Shown here one piece after another: positions 13,461 to 27,275 of a stretch of DNA of 64,000 nt (positions are counted from its first letter, which is position 1; every line of letters starts with the position of its first letter). Position numbers and translations under genes: made by a program. Origin of the DNA: Eledone cirrhosa (taxonomy: Eukaryota); contig OZ024765.1 of assembly GCA_964016885.1 (NCBI GenBank), forward strand, positions 5,456,001 through 5,520,000, written 5' to 3'. Under the pieces are notes generated by a model. The model worked only from the letters and a program-made list of their open reading frames with translations. It had not been told where the DNA came from and searched no databases.

Positions 13461-15244
13461 ACACACACAAATATATACACACATATATATATATATACAC
13501 ACATATATATATATATACACGTGCATAATACGTTAATAATTGTGGTTTGAGGCATCACTGATTGCTCGTTATCTATAATAGTATATTCTGCTCTGCGCAA
13601 GCATCGAGTGCTCAACCGGCTTACCGCCTATGGACGCATTATCTCCCCCCCCCCCCCTCTCCCGTGACTAGATCATTTCATCTAGAGTTGAAGTTAACAG
13701 GTGCAGCTTCTAACATTCCATCTTAGAGGAAGTGTGAAGCTATTCTCATATACACACACATACACACACACATAGACACACACACACACACACACATATA
13801 GACATACACACACATATAGACACATATACATATACACATACATATAGACATACATATACACATACACACACATACATATACACATACATATAGACATACA
13901 CACATACATATACACATACATATAGACATACACACACACATATACACATACATATAGACATACACACACACATATACACATACATATAGACATACATATA
14001 CACATATACAGATATACAAATACACACATACACACACATATAGACACACACACATATACGCATGCATATAGACACACATATACACATACACATACACACA
14101 CATATATACACATATATACACATACATATAGACATACATATACACATATACAAATATACACATCCGTGACAAGTGGAGAGATGCTGTGCTAAATAGGACC
14201 CGTCCCACCCTTGCAAGCAGGGAAACGGGGACGTAAAATGATGATGATGATGATGATGATCTATATATATATATATATTCATTTATATTTTTACTCGGAA
14301 TTCTTTCCTAGAGTGCTTAAAATTATTTGTGACTAATCCCGGTCTTTTTTTAAAAAAAACGCGATAATATTGCTATTTTGCTGAACACTTGTAGAGTTTT
14401 TTCGGAATGTGTTTTGACTGTTGTTTCGTGTAAACAGACATTCGTCTCATTCTGACATCACCAGCCATGTCCTCTCCATGTGCGTTTATTTTCATAATTA
14501 CGTACGAGGTGAACTAGCCTGTCTTTAAATTCTCTCTTTGGCATATTCTAGCAGTGGCGTTAGGGTTATTGTGTTTGAGCTCTACTGATGAACGGTTCCA
14601 ACTGTGACCATCCCCACTGAAAGTTTCGCGAAATAGTCTTTTTAAGATTATACAGAGCATTTGTAGTTTTTCCAAATTGAAGGATGAGTATTTAGACTTT
14701 ATTTTATTCTGAGTTAAGACTCTATTGATTTTTCCCTGGATTTCACAAAATTCTGTGGATAAATCTGTGTCTTGATTTTTTTTTTAATTGACTTTGAATT
14801 ATTTTCCCACATCTTACGTTAACTATTTTTCCATTTTGACGTTATAGTCACTTATATATTATGGAATACTGTTGGCTTCACGCTCACAATAATTTCTATA
14901 CTTTTCATTTATCTCATATATATTTGTGAAATGGGCGGTGGTTGAAATTCAAATGTGCACGGTTAAATGGTAGTAGACATGGTCGGACTGACATGAAAAT
15001 TTACACACCTATGTAAAAAGTGCCAAGGAAGCAAATAGACGAGGTTTCAAATCTCTAATTTGAAAAATGTGGTCCCTGGGGCCCCAAAACTATCGCATTC
15101 GGTGAGTTATTTCCCCCTGTTCTAATACTTTTGTCTTATTTACAATTTCATCATCCTTCTACATTTAACGATCATACAGTACCGTTTTATGAAATCGTTT
15201 CTGCAGTACAGTCACTGTTTTCCATCAAAAGAAATAAAACCCTT

Positions 15245-15760
15245 GGCGATACTTGGTTTTAGTGTCCTAAATTATCATCATCGACATTCAATTATTAGCT
15301 CCACCCACTACACGATACGTCACGAAGGTAAATGTTTCTAAAAAAATGTTAAACTGTATATCGCAGCAATATTTTGTTTAAAGAAATTTTTTTCTGTTGT
15401 TAAAAACTGTAAATTTGTTAAAAAAAAAAAATTTATTTTGCAGCATTTTTTTTTCTGTTAAAAACTGTAAATAAATATTCATGTAAAAATGAAGCATAGT
15501 TTTTCTGTGAAAAACTGTAAATAAATATTTATTTTGTTCAAAAAATAAATCAAAAATCTAATTTTCTCTGTTAATATTTTAATAAATATTTATTCTAAAA
15601 ATTCAATGTTTTTCGTGTAAAAATGAAGCATGTAAAAAAATGAACATGTAAAAATCAAGCTGCAGCAGCTGATGACGTGTCGTGACGTATTGTGTAGTGG
15701 GTGGAGCTAATAATTGAATGTCAATGATGATAATTTAGGACACTAAAACCAAGTATCGCC
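15245..15760. mobile_element. MITE with ~80-bp TIRs and 8-bp TSD, Merlin-like
   Basis: TIRs GGCGATACTTGGTTTTAGTGTCC... (15245-15325) and ...GGACACTAAAACCAAGTATCGCC (15681-15760); AAACCCTT duplicated at 15237-15244 and 15761-15768. Confidence 0.85.
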
Positions 15761-16109
15761 AAACCCTTAAATTGCGAAGAAGGGACGCGTGTTTTTATTT
15801 TAATTCTAACTAGCATTAAAGCCCGGCATTGCTCGGGGTCAGTAAGTTACCAAAGTTAGGCTGCACCACCCATTTTATGGCAGCACTTTTTTGTCTACCA
15901 GGCACTGGGTGAATAAATTGCAGACCTGGACTGCCGAAGCAGGAGCTGCGCCAGCAGTGACAATTGTAGTTTCGCCTATGGATATTATCTCTGTGCAAAG
16001 AAGTGTTGAAATTTATTGTTTCACAGTACTTGCGCAACACGCGCGTAGACGATGCCAGCCGAACAACAGAGCTGCGATGGAGTTGTTCTGCATGGTTGTC
16101 TAATGTGTG

Positions 16110-16360
16110 TTTTCTAAATTTAAGACAGTAGGGAGGGGTGTGATATGGGAGAGAGTTAGCTGTTGTTTCTAGCAGGTTTAGTGACCTCATAGAGGATATG
16201 TTTTCTATATTTAAGACAGTAGGGAGTGGTGTGATATGGGGGAGAGTTAGCTGCTGTTTCTAGCAGGTTTAGTGACCTCATAGGGGATATGTTTTCTAAA
16301 TTTAAGACAGTAGGGAGTGGTGTGATATGGGGGAGAGTTAGCTGCTGTTTCTAGCAGGTT
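16110..16360. repeat. 91-bp tandem repeat, ~3 copies
   Basis: TAAGACAGTAGGGAG at 16121, 16212 and 16303. Confidence 0.9.
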
Positions 16361-16361
16361 T

Positions 16362-16645
16362 AGGGCGATGTGTTGTTTCCTTGAGCAAGACACTTTATTT
16401 CGCATTGCTCCAGTTTACTCAGCTGTAGAAATGAGATGATAGGGACAGGGGTCCCTATCATTCCACTGCAAAGTGGTCGTGGAGGTACCACGGCAAAAAA
16501 GCACCCAGCACTCACTGTAAATGAGGTTGGTGTTAGGAAGGGCATCCAGCTGTAGAAATCAAGCCAGAATCAGTTCCCTTCCCACCCTTGCAAGCAGGGA
16601 AAAGCGGACATAAAATGAAATGAAAATGAAATGATCATCATCATC
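16362..16645 (+). mobile_element. SINE family 1, lacking the tRNA head
   Basis: Matches the body and tail of 34798-35140. Confidence 0.8.
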
Positions 16646-17427
16646 GTTTAGTGCCCATCTTCCATGCTAGCATGGGTTAGACGGAAATTGTCCCACTTGA
16701 AGCAAGACTGGTCAGGTGATCGTGTCTCGACCAGATGATATGTATATTCCAACTTAGTGGAGAAGACCAATGTGAAGTAAGAGTCTTGCTGAAGGAAAAG
16801 ACACCACATGTCAGCAATTGAACCCTCAACATTTATGATAAGGATTCAGACAGCCTAACCAACAATGAGTTGAAGAGGATTTAACTGCTATTTCTAACAG
16901 AGCTCCCATCTACATGGCGTTTCCCTTTGTAGGTTAACAAGTGGAATTTCAGATGACGAATGCCTGCTAATTATTGCTTAATTAGTTATTCCTTTAATTA
17001 ACTGAAGTTGATGACGGGAGTGTCGAGGAGGGGAGTTGTGTCAGGCACATTATTTGTAAAGTAGCAGCACCAAAAAATAGAAACCCACCTTTTGGCTAAA
17101 AGTGCATAGTTTAGTAGTTATAGCCTCTGGCTGATGATGTAAGTTGAATCCCCAGGACAGGGGCTGTGTTGTGTCCTTGAACAAGTCTTGTGTCAGAGTA
17201 GTTAGAGATTTTGACACACTTTATTTGAAGGTATGTGGCTAAGTAATTAGAGTATTCAGTTCACATTCGTAAGTAGTGAGTTCAATATCAGGGCCAGATG
17301 ATGTACTGTGGTCCATACAACCTTCTCCACCACTTTGGATATTGCTGATACAGGGTAAAGAGGTGTAAACTTATTTATTGATCACAGCAAATTATATTTT
17401 TATTTAATCATCTATATTTGTACAAAA

Positions 17428-17520
17428 GCATACAGCTCTGAGTTTTTCATCCTCAGTGTATACTGGTTAATGTTCAGAGCCATCCTCAGCATTCTCGTGT
17501 AGCACCCATCCACAATGAGG
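17428..17520 (-). pseudogene. Short non-LTR retrotransposon (RTE-like) ORF fragment from the post-RT region
   Basis: Minus strand reads LIVDGCYTRMLRMALNINQYTLRMKNSELY, resembling the LDGxYTRMLRxxLNxxW...NxELY motif of LINE C-terminal domains. Confidence 0.65.
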
Positions 17521-17551
17521 TATATATACAGAGTGAGCTATATATACACAC

Positions 17552-17892
17552 ATCATCATCATCATCATCATTTTACGTCCGCTTTTCCCTGCTTGCAAGG
17601 GTGGGACGGGAACTGATTCTGGCTTGATTTCTACAGCTGGATGCCCTTCCTAACACCAACCTCATTTACAGTGAGTGCTGGGTGATTTTTTGCCATGGCA
17701 CCTCCACGACCACTTTGCAGTGGAATGATAGAGACCCCAGTCCCTATCATCTCATTTCTACAGCTGAGTAAACTGGAACAATGTGAAATAAAGTGTCTTG
17801 CTCAAGGAAACAACACATCACCCAGTCTGAGAATTGAACTCACAACCTTTCGATTGCAAGGCCAATGCTCTAACCACTAAGCCATGTGCTTC
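17552..17892 (-). mobile_element. SINE family 1, full length with (ATG)n tail
   Basis: A/B boxes at ~17830-17885; (CAT)n at 17552-17570. Confidence 0.88.
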
Positions 17893-18119
17893 ACACAGTG
17901 AGGTATATATATATATACACACAGTGAGCTATATATATATATACACACAGTGAGCTATATATACACACAGTGAGGTATATATATTTATACACAGTGAGCT
18001 ATATATACACACACTGAGGTATATATACACAAATACATAAAATCTTCACCTTGTGGAGAATAAATAAAATTTGTATAATGAAAGTTGTGATTGGTGAGAA
18101 GTGTACAGATGTTATATAT

Positions 18120-18693
18120 ACCACTGGTGGTGGTTGGTGGTAGTGGTGGTGGTGATAGTGGTGTGGTGGTGGTGGTGGTGTGGTGGTGTGGTTGTAGTGG
18201 TATGGTGGTAGTGGTGGTGGTGGTGGTAGTGGTGTGGTGGTGTGGTAGTGGTGGGGTGGGGGTGGGGGGTGGCAGTGGTGTGGTGGTGGTGGTGGTGGTA
18301 GTGGTATGGTGTGGTGGGGTGGTGGTGGTGTGGTGGTGTGGTAGTGGTGGGGTGGGGAGGGGTAGTGGTGTGGTGGTGGTGTGGTGGCAGTGGTGTGGTG
18401 GTGGTGGTGGTGGCAGAGGTGATAGTGGTGTGGTGGTGGTAGTGGTGGTGGTGGTGGTAGTGGTGTGGTGGTAGTGGTATGGTGGTAGTGGTGGTAGTCG
18501 TGGTGGTAGAGGTGATAGTGGTGTGGTGGTGGTAGTGGTGTGGTGGTGGTGGAAGTGTGGTGTGGTGGTGGTGGTGTGGTGGTGGTGGTGTGATGGTGTG
18601 TGGTGGCAGATTGAGTGTAACAGGTTGATACACAAATAATTTTTATGTGTAAACGCATCTTCCTCGGTTTTTTTCTATTATATATATAAATAT

Positions 18694-18724
<31 letters not shown>

Positions 18725-19855
18725 ACCAAAGATTAATATGGTTTGTTGATTACACAATGAATACAATATTACAATAGATTAGAAGCACTCAACAAGAGAT
18801 TTTCCTGGAGTTTTTAATATTATTCAAAATATTAACAAATGAAAAAAAATAAATATAAATATGATCCTCACCGTAGTGTGTTAGCTCCAGAGTATTTGTA
18901 ATTCATGCAACATTTCTGATAATAGATTGTATAAGAGTCACAATAAAATGCACCCAGTACACTCTGTAAAGTGATTGGCATTAGGAAGGACATTCCACCC
19001 TAGAAAAGGATGCCATATAATATGTACATATGCCCCCACCTGACCAGTTAGTCTAGCCTCACAACTGACTACACATCTAACCATGCTTGCATGGTAAAAT
19101 AGTGGTGGTGGTGGTGGTGTGTTGGTGGTGGTGATGGTGGTGGTGGTGATAGTGTTGGTGGTGGTGGTGATGGTGATGACGGTGGTGGTGGTGATGGTGG
19201 TGGTGATGACGGTGGTGGTGGTGATGGTGGTGATGACGGTGGTGATGGTGATGGTGACGGTGGTGATGGTGGTGGTGATGGTGACGATGGTGATGGTGGT
19301 GGTGATGACGGTGGTGGTGGTGATGGTAACGATGGTGATGGTGGTGGTGATGACGGTGGTGGTGGTGATGGTGGTGATGATGGTGGTGGTGGTGGTGGTG
19401 GTGATGGTGATGGTGGTGGTGATGACGGTGGTGATGGTAGTGATGGTGGTGATAATGGTGATGACGGTGGTGGTGGTGGTGGTGATGGTAGTGATGACGG
19501 TGGTGGTGGTGATGGTAGTGATGACGGTGGTGATGGTAGTGATGACGGTGGTGGTGGTGGTGGTGATGACGGTGGTGATGGTGGTGGTGGTGGTGGTGAT
19601 GGTGATGGTAGTGATGACGGTGGTGGTGGTGGTGGTGATGACAGTGGCGGCGGTGGTGGTGGTGATGGTTGTGGTGATAAGGTTTGAGCTGGTGGTGGTG
19701 GTGGTGACGGTGACGGTGACGATGGTGATGGTGAAGATGATGACGGCAATGGTGGTGGTGGTGATGATGATGGTTGTGATGATGGTGATGAGGACAACGA
19801 TGATGATGATGATGATGATGATGGTTGTGATGATGATGATGATGATGATGATAAT
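18120..19855. repeat. (GGT/GAT/GAC)n low-complexity tracts (18120-18610 and 19100-19855)
   Basis: Direct reading. Confidence 0.93.
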
Positions 19856-20203
19856 AAGAAAATATTCCCGTCCCTAATGCAAATATCTTTTGTGTCAACT
19901 ACAATGGACTTGCCATTTTAGTGGAAATAAATGAGAAAAAGTGGAAAGTTCCGAAGATGTTAAAAGATGGAGCAACAAAGTGGGTTGACTAGGTCGTTCA
20001 GTCCATCTTGACACATTTTATGTATTTTCAAGCAACTTTATGGTTGAGTATAATGTATAATGGACACATGTCATGTAACAGTACATACACACACAGATAT
20101 ACATATATAGATTAGATATGTGTATAGTGTGTGTATATATATATATATGTGTATATATATATGTATATATGTATGTATATATGTATATATATATATGTAT
20201 GTA

Positions 20204-20256
<53 letters not shown>

Positions 20257-20265
20257 ATATATATG

Positions 20266-20298
<33 letters not shown>

Positions 20299-20623
20299 GT
20301 ATATATATATATGTATATGTCATCATCATCATCATCACCGTTTTACGTCCGTTCTTCCACGCTAGCATGGGTTAGACGGGTTGTCCTGTTGTGGGCAGTG
20401 TCTGGTCGGCTGACCATGCCTTGCTCATACAGGAACTGATCTGGCTTGATTTCTACAGCTGGATGCCCTTCCTAACACCAACCTCATTTACAGTGAGTGC
20501 TGGGTGCTTTTTCGTGGCGCCTACACGTCCACTTTACAGTGTGGGCTGGGTGCTTTTTTGCCGTGGCACCTCCACGACCACCTTGCGGTGGGGGGGGGGG
20601 GGGGGGCATATTGTTTATATGCT

Positions 20624-21240
20624 TCAGCATGTACCCATGGGAGGTCGGGTACCCTGTATTACTGCGTGACGCCAGAAGTCACGGTCGTGTGTCATTGACT
20701 TTGAGAGGTGTAGTTGGGTAAGGTCGGCTTTTATCACCTCATCCCAAGTCATCTTGGGTCTCCCCACTCCGCGGTTTCCATCAACTTCTAGTGCTCTGCA
20801 CCTTTTTATGCAGCTGTCATCCTTCATACGCATCACATGTCCATACCAGCGTAACCGCCTCTCCTGCACGCAGCATTTGATTCCTCTTATGCTCAGTCTC
20901 TCTCTCAATTCATTTATGCTTTGTCGTTCACGTATATTACTGTTACACATCCATCGGAGCATGCAGGCTTCGTTTCTCTCTAATCTACGTAAGTCTTCCA
21001 CCTTCAGCGCCCAGGTCTCACTACCATGCAACATCGCTGTTCGGATACACGCATCATACAGTCTGCCTTTCATTCTGAGGGAGAAGCCTTTTGCAGCTAG
21101 CAGTGGTAGTAGTTCCCTAAACTTCTTCCATCCCGTTCTTACCCTAGTTATTGTACTTTCTGAGCACCCACCTCCGTTGCTAATTCGGTCACCTAGGTAG
21201 CAGAAGCTGTCTACTGTTTCTACAGGGCCCTCCCAGAGAT
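20624..21240 (-). pseudogene. 5'-truncated RTE-clade LINE, C-terminal part of the RT ORF
   Basis: VETVDSFCYLGD...RVRTGWKKFREL...KGRLYDACIRTAMLHGSETW...RRLRWYGHVMRM...GRPKMTW, diagnostic of RTE-type LINEs. Confidence 0.9.
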
Positions 21241-21511
21241 TGGTGGTACTTGTTTCCTGTGGCTGTTTGCTTGCTGTTTCAGCACAGCTGCTGCATGTAT
21301 ATATATATATGTATATATATATATATGTATATATATTTAAGTATATATATATATGTATATATATGTATATATATGTATATATAATGTAGGAGGTGAGTTT
21401 TATTGTAGTACAATAAAGCAATGCAGATATCGGATAAGAAGCACTCTACAGTTTGTAGGACTGGAGTATACATAATATAAGATCAAAAGATGGTTAAAGG
21501 AGTTCCATGTA

Positions 21512-21578
21512 TTTTATTATGCGCATTTCAAAAACAAACATCATCATGCAATAATATTTGTGTTTTCATCAGATAAAA
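21512..21578 (-). ncRNA. Type I hammerhead ribozyme (family B)
   Basis: Reverse complement of 21706-21772. Confidence 0.8.
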
Positions 21579-21705
21579 CAGGAGAACATGATATGAAGGC
21601 TAAAAAACACTTGTGGATAGTGCAGTTTTAAATCAACATATCATATGTTGATTTAAAACTGCACTATCCACAAGTGTTTTTTAGCCTTCATATCATGTTC
21701 TCCTG

Positions 21706-21772
21706 TTTTATCTGATGAAAACACAAATATTATTGCATGATGATGTTTGTTTTTGAAATGCGCATAATAAAA
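21706..21772 (+). ncRNA. Type I hammerhead ribozyme (family B)
   Basis: TTTTAT CTGATGA [stem II AAACACAAA...TTTGTTTTT] GAA ATGCGCAT A^ ATAAAA; palindromic stem III; predicted cut after 21766. Confidence 0.8.
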
Positions 21773-21815
21773 TACATGGAACTCCTTTAACCATCTTTTG
21801 ATCTTATATTATATG

Positions 21816-21846
<31 letters not shown>

Positions 21847-21875
21847 TTAAGTATATATATATATGTATATATATG

Positions 21876-21950
<75 letters not shown>

Positions 21951-22171
21951 GTATATATATATATGTATATATATGTATATATATGTATATATATGTATAT
22001 GTATATATATGTATATATATGTATATGTATATATGTATATATATGTATATATATGTATATATATATGTATATATATGTATATATATATGTATATATGTAT
22101 ATATATATATATAGATAATGGCATCTAAGAATACATACACACACAGATATACATATATAGATATGTGTATA

Positions 22172-22220
<49 letters not shown>

Positions 22221-22508
22221 TATGTATGTATATAATAATAATGAGTAGGCTTGAGGTATGAAAATATAGATATAGCGTCGAAAAATGGATGTAAAAATGA
22301 TGACGATGATGATGATATATATCTACCTGTGTCTGTCTGTGTGTGTGTGTGTATACATATATATCTATATACACACACACATGCATATATACACACACAT
22401 ATATATATATATACATATATATGTGTATGTATAAATGTATATGATGGCTGCAAATTCAGGGTAAGTTTATTGCAATCACTTGTCAAATTCACATGTTTGA
22501 CACTTTGA

Positions 22509-22545
<37 letters not shown>

Positions 22546-22546
<1 letters not shown>

Positions 22547-22751
22547 GGAAAAAGTAAGACCCCGACGGCAGAGCTCAAGCCATCTCGACGGCTATTTCTG
22601 GACTAACATCGAGTCCAGAAATAGCCGTCGAAACGACGGCTTGAGCTCTGCCGTCGGGGTCTTACTTTTTCCTATTTCCCACTCTACTCCCCTAAGTATT
22701 GAGTACTTTGGTGCGTTTTGGTCCATCTGGTTCCTTACCACAATTCCTTTG

Positions 22752-22755
<4 letters not shown>
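22546..22755. repeat. Short inverted-repeat element between (TA)n tracts
   Basis: AGGAAAAAGTAAGACCCCGACGGCAGAGCTCAAGCC...GGCTTGAGCTCTGCCGTCGGGGTCTTACTTTTTCCT; a fragment recurs at 53587-53609. Confidence 0.8.
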
Positions 22756-22788
<33 letters not shown>

Positions 22789-23074
22789 TAAATATACGAA
22801 TAAGTTTGTTTGTGTAGATAAGTGTACAAACAAAACTAAAACAAGTAAGATTGCTTCCCTCAGTATTTTTCTCAACATGGTCCTTGTATGGATTACAGTA
22901 ACAGCCCAATAAGAGGGGCCAGATTATAGTAGCCAGGTGGAAGATCATGGAGTAATAATATTTTTAAATGTATAGGAAAAACAAACACTAGGTGTGAAGT
23001 ATAGAAAAAAATTGAAGAATTTTATCAAAAGTTCATTCTTTAACCCTTTAGCATTCACATTATTTGGTTAGAAT

Positions 23075-23830
23075 AGGGCGGTGGATTGGCAGTATCGGTA
23101 GAGGCTCGGACGCCATGCCTTGACGCATAGAGTTACGGCCCTTGCCATTCTGAGTTCAAATCCCGCCGAGGTTCACTTTGCCTTTCATCCTTACGGAGTC
23201 GATAAAATAAAGTACCAGTAATACACTGGGTTATTGCTGGCCTTGTGCCAAAAGTAGAAACAATTATTTGGTGAGAATGCCTCAGGAAAAAATCGCTGAA
23301 CAGATTTTATAGGCAAAAACCAACCAGCAGGAGACCCCCTTATTCCTGGGAGCAGAAACCTCAAACACTCCTAGCAGCAGGTTCTGTCAGAAGCAGCTGT
23401 CTTCAATTGCTCCAGCTGGATCCAGTTGAGCTCAGGGGTCTACTCTCCCCCATTTCAGTCACTTGTAATTGCGACTGTATTCTTTCAGTCATTACCCAAG
23501 GTACATGACCATAGGTAAGGGCTTTGACGCATAGAGTTACAGCCCTTTCCATTCTGAGTTCAAATCCCGCCGAGGTTCACTTTGCCTTTCATCCTTACGG
23601 GGTCGATAAAATAAAGTACCAGTAATGTACTGGGATAATTGCTGGCCTTGTGCCAAAAGTAGAAACAATTATTTTATTACCCAGTGCATTACTGGTACTT
23701 TATTTTATCGACCCCGTAAGGATGAAAGGCAAAGTGAACCTCGGCGGGATTTGAACTCAGACCCTTGCCATTCTGAGTTCAAATTCCGCCGAGGTTAACT
23801 TTGCCTTTCATCCTTACGGGGTCGATAAGG
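23075..23830. mobile_element. Cluster of tRNA-derived SINE family 2 copies (23075-23265 +, 23522-23670 +, 23675-23760 -, 23761-23830 +)
   Basis: GAGTTCAAATCCCGCCGAGGTT..CTTTGCCTTTCATCCTTACGGGGTCGATAAAATAAAGTACCAG; B-box GAGTTCAAATCC. Confidence 0.85.
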
Positions 23831-25417
23831 TGATATGTACAGAAAGTGTTGTTGTTTAAGCTCAGGCTGGCCTTTAATAACTGAATTACAGCTACAGTCC
23901 ATCTTGTATCAAGTGGCTGAGCATTCCACAGACATATGGACACTTAATGTAGTTCTCAGGGAGATTCAGTGTATGACAAGGCTGGCTTTTTGAATTACAG
24001 ACTCAGTCCATCTTGTATTATAGCGTACAAGGGTCACCACACCACCACAACACACTATACCACACACCACTAAACCACACCGCCACACAACACCACACCA
24101 CCATCACCACCACAACAACACCACACCACCACAACACACCACACCACCACAACACACTACACCACACACCACTATACCACACCACCATCACCACCACCCC
24201 ACCACACCAGAACACCACACCACCACCACACCACAACACACCACCACCACCACAACACACCACCACCACCACACCACAACACACCACCACACCACAACAC
24301 ACCACCACCACCACAACACACCACCACACCACCACAACCACAACACACCACCACACACCACTACACCACAACAACACACCACCACCACACCACAACAGCA
24401 CCCCCCCCCCCCCACCACCACACCACCACCACCACAACGCACCACCTCCACCACACGACCACCACAACACACCACACCACCACCACCACAACCACACCAC
24501 CACCACCACCACACCACCACCACCACCACAACACACCACCACCACCACCACCACCACTACACCACCACTACACCACCACACCACCACACCACCACTACAC
24601 CACCACACCACCACCACACCACCACCATAGTAAGAGAGAAGCCATTATTATCTTCCTTGTCCTCCAAGTTTTATTATATTCTTCTCCCATCTTTCATCTT
24701 TATTTCTTCTCTTTTTGTATTATTGGAACTCTTTTCTGTTTGAAGTTTAGTTTTACTGTGTGATGATTATTACCTTACTGGGATATCATCTTTGAAGACA
24801 CCTCGCTTATCTCCCTTATGTCTCTCTCTCTCTCCACCCTTCTCTCTCTCCACCCTTCTCTCTCCCTACCCCCCTCTCACTACCCCCTTTAATCCTTCAT
24901 GTGTGAAGTATCAACATTGGCTCTGTTTATGACCAGTTACGACTGGTTACGACTGGTTAGTACTAGTTAGTGCAATCTTCAGTAATACTTAACATAGGTG
25001 AACACTTGCAAATGCAGTTGCAATAAATTACTGCAATTTTGTGGGGAGGGAGGAGGGGTGGTGGCTTGTATTAAAACATGTAATGTTATGCAATAGCTGC
25101 AACATTGATGACTGTGGTTAAGGATCTTGTTTTACATCCTGTGTAGTTTGGGTTCAATCCCACCGTGTGACACCTTGGGCAACTGTCATGTCCTCTGTCT
25201 TTGTCTTCTTCTATAAAAAAATTGGGATTATGTTCACGGGTGATGGAAGGCAGGACGTTGAATTAAGTGCCAAAAATTACAGGAGCTGGTACAGTAATGT
25301 GCCAGCTTCAGCATTCGGTAATCAGAAGAAGGGTGGTAGGTGTAAAAGACAAACTCTCTATCTCTAATTCTGTATTCGTGCCAACCCATACCGATGGTAA
25401 TGAATCTTGGGTAAGTA

Positions 25418-25450
<33 letters not shown>

Positions 25451-25536
25451 GTAATAATAATAAATTTGAAGACTAAAATCCAAAGAGGGCTCGATAAGGA
25501 TAAATATATATCAAATATATAAGAACCGTAGAGCAA

Positions 25537-26049
25537 ATATTTATTAAAATAACAGATTAAAGTTTAAGCAAAGAATCGCTGCTTTCACCCTTAACAGGAT
25601 CTTCTGAAACTAAAAAAAATCAATCTGTGAACGCAGACGTAAATATTTCAAAAACGTTGCAACCAAAGTAAGACAGGAATTGTTCTCATCGATCCACATA
25701 ATGACATATATTCTTCGTTTTTCCATTCATTGCCAGAGAACGTCTCCATGAACCACCTAATAGAATATTAGTTTACGACTTCATTTATACCATAAACGTG
25801 GTTTTGTCTTTGCGTGTAAATGTTCTCACCACTCCAAATAACAACGTATTATCTTCGTTTTTTTCCATTCATTGCCAGGGAACGTCTTCACAAACCAAAG
25901 TATCGTCTTCCTGTTTTCCTTCGGTTGCAACGTTTTTCGAAATATTTACTTCTGTGTTCACAGATTGATTTTTTAGTTTCAAAAGATCTCGTTAAGGGTG
26001 AAAGCAGCGATTCTTTGCTTAAACTTTAATCTGTTATTTTAATAAATAT
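25537..26049. mobile_element. MITE-like element with ~145-bp imperfect TIRs
   Basis: 25537-25680 is the reverse complement of ~25908-26049; internal direct repeat at 25711 and 25852; TSD not resolved. Confidence 0.7.
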
Positions 26050-26558
26050 ATATATATATATAGACCCTCTAACACAAAACACACATTTGTCCTCCCACAC
26101 ATGTTCCACTACCACCATCAACTCCACCACCACTACCAAAACCACCACCACACCACTACCACCACCAACACCAAAACCACCATCTACTCCACCACTACCA
26201 CCACTACCACCACCACTACCACACCACCACCACCACTACCACACCACCACCACCAAAACCACCACCACACCACTACCACCATCAACACCAAAACCACCAC
26301 CTACTCCACCACTAGCACCACTACCACCACCACTACCACACCACCACCACCAAAACCACCACCACACCACTACCACCATCAACACCAAAACCACCATCTA
26401 CTCCACCACTACCACCACCTACTCCACCACTACCACACCACCACCACCACCAATGTTATGTCACTGTAACAAGTGTTACTCACTTCAGGGTTATCTTTTG
26501 TATAAATATAACAATCCTTGGTTTTTTTGTAGGTCATACTGCCTACTGTACTGCCTGC

Positions 26559-26608
<50 letters not shown>

Positions 26609-26803
26609 TAGGGATCTCTAACAAAAATACACCCCGTCCCACTACCCCCACCTCATCCATACCAGCCCCACCTCATCCACACCACCCCTTTCAATGTAAA
26701 GTTATGTTGGTACCACAACATCCAGTCCGAAATAAATGTATATATGTATATGTGTATATGTGTATATATGTATATATATATATATTTATTTAAAATATTG
26801 AAG

Positions 26804-26835
<32 letters not shown>

Positions 26836-26840
<5 letters not shown>

Positions 26841-26922
26841 GCATACTCCAGTCCCACAAACTGTAGAGTGCTTCTTATCCGATATCTGCATTGCTTTATT
26901 GTACTACAATAAAACTCACCTC

Positions 26923-26928
<6 letters not shown>
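26836..26928 (+). mobile_element. Family B 3' tail only (5'-truncated, no HHR) within (TA)n
   Basis: Reverse complement of 21384-21475; ends CCTCCTACAT(AT)n. Confidence 0.8.
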
Positions 26929-26953
<25 letters not shown>

Positions 26954-27275
26954 AATATATCAAATTTATTATTATTAGTATATATATATATATATATAAA
27001 GTGGTATAGTTAATATGATGCTCCAGCATGGCGTCAGCCCTACAGCTGATATATAAATAAATAAATAAATAACACATTTTGAGTTATGTAATACAAAATG
27101 GCCAAAGCCGGTACAGTATATAAAAGGCAGAGAATGACAAATAAAACAAAACAAAGTCACGTTCTACCCAGGATATTTCAACATATTTCAGAGTTACAAT
27201 CCTCTTTTCAAATGTAAAAATGAAAATGGTTCAAAATAAAGATGAATGAACAATGTGTTTTATATATATATATAT

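Larger units (their letters stand above)
21384..21812. mobile_element. HHR family B element (Penelope pLTR-like): head-to-head inverted pair inside (TA)n
   Basis: Perfect ~170-bp palindrome centred on 21642 plus an ~88-bp tail on the left arm; one HHR per arm. Confidence 0.85.

Noticed and set aside
15805-15840. ACTAG...CCCGGCATTGCTCGGG, resembling a Helitron/Helentron terminus (also 13240-13300)
   Set aside because: The other end could not be identified; too short to call
22790-22948. Minus-strand ORF beginning with signal-peptide-like MIFHLATIIWPLLLGCYC
   Set aside because: No clear splice donor or partner exons, and it runs into (TA)n; unsupported without RNA data
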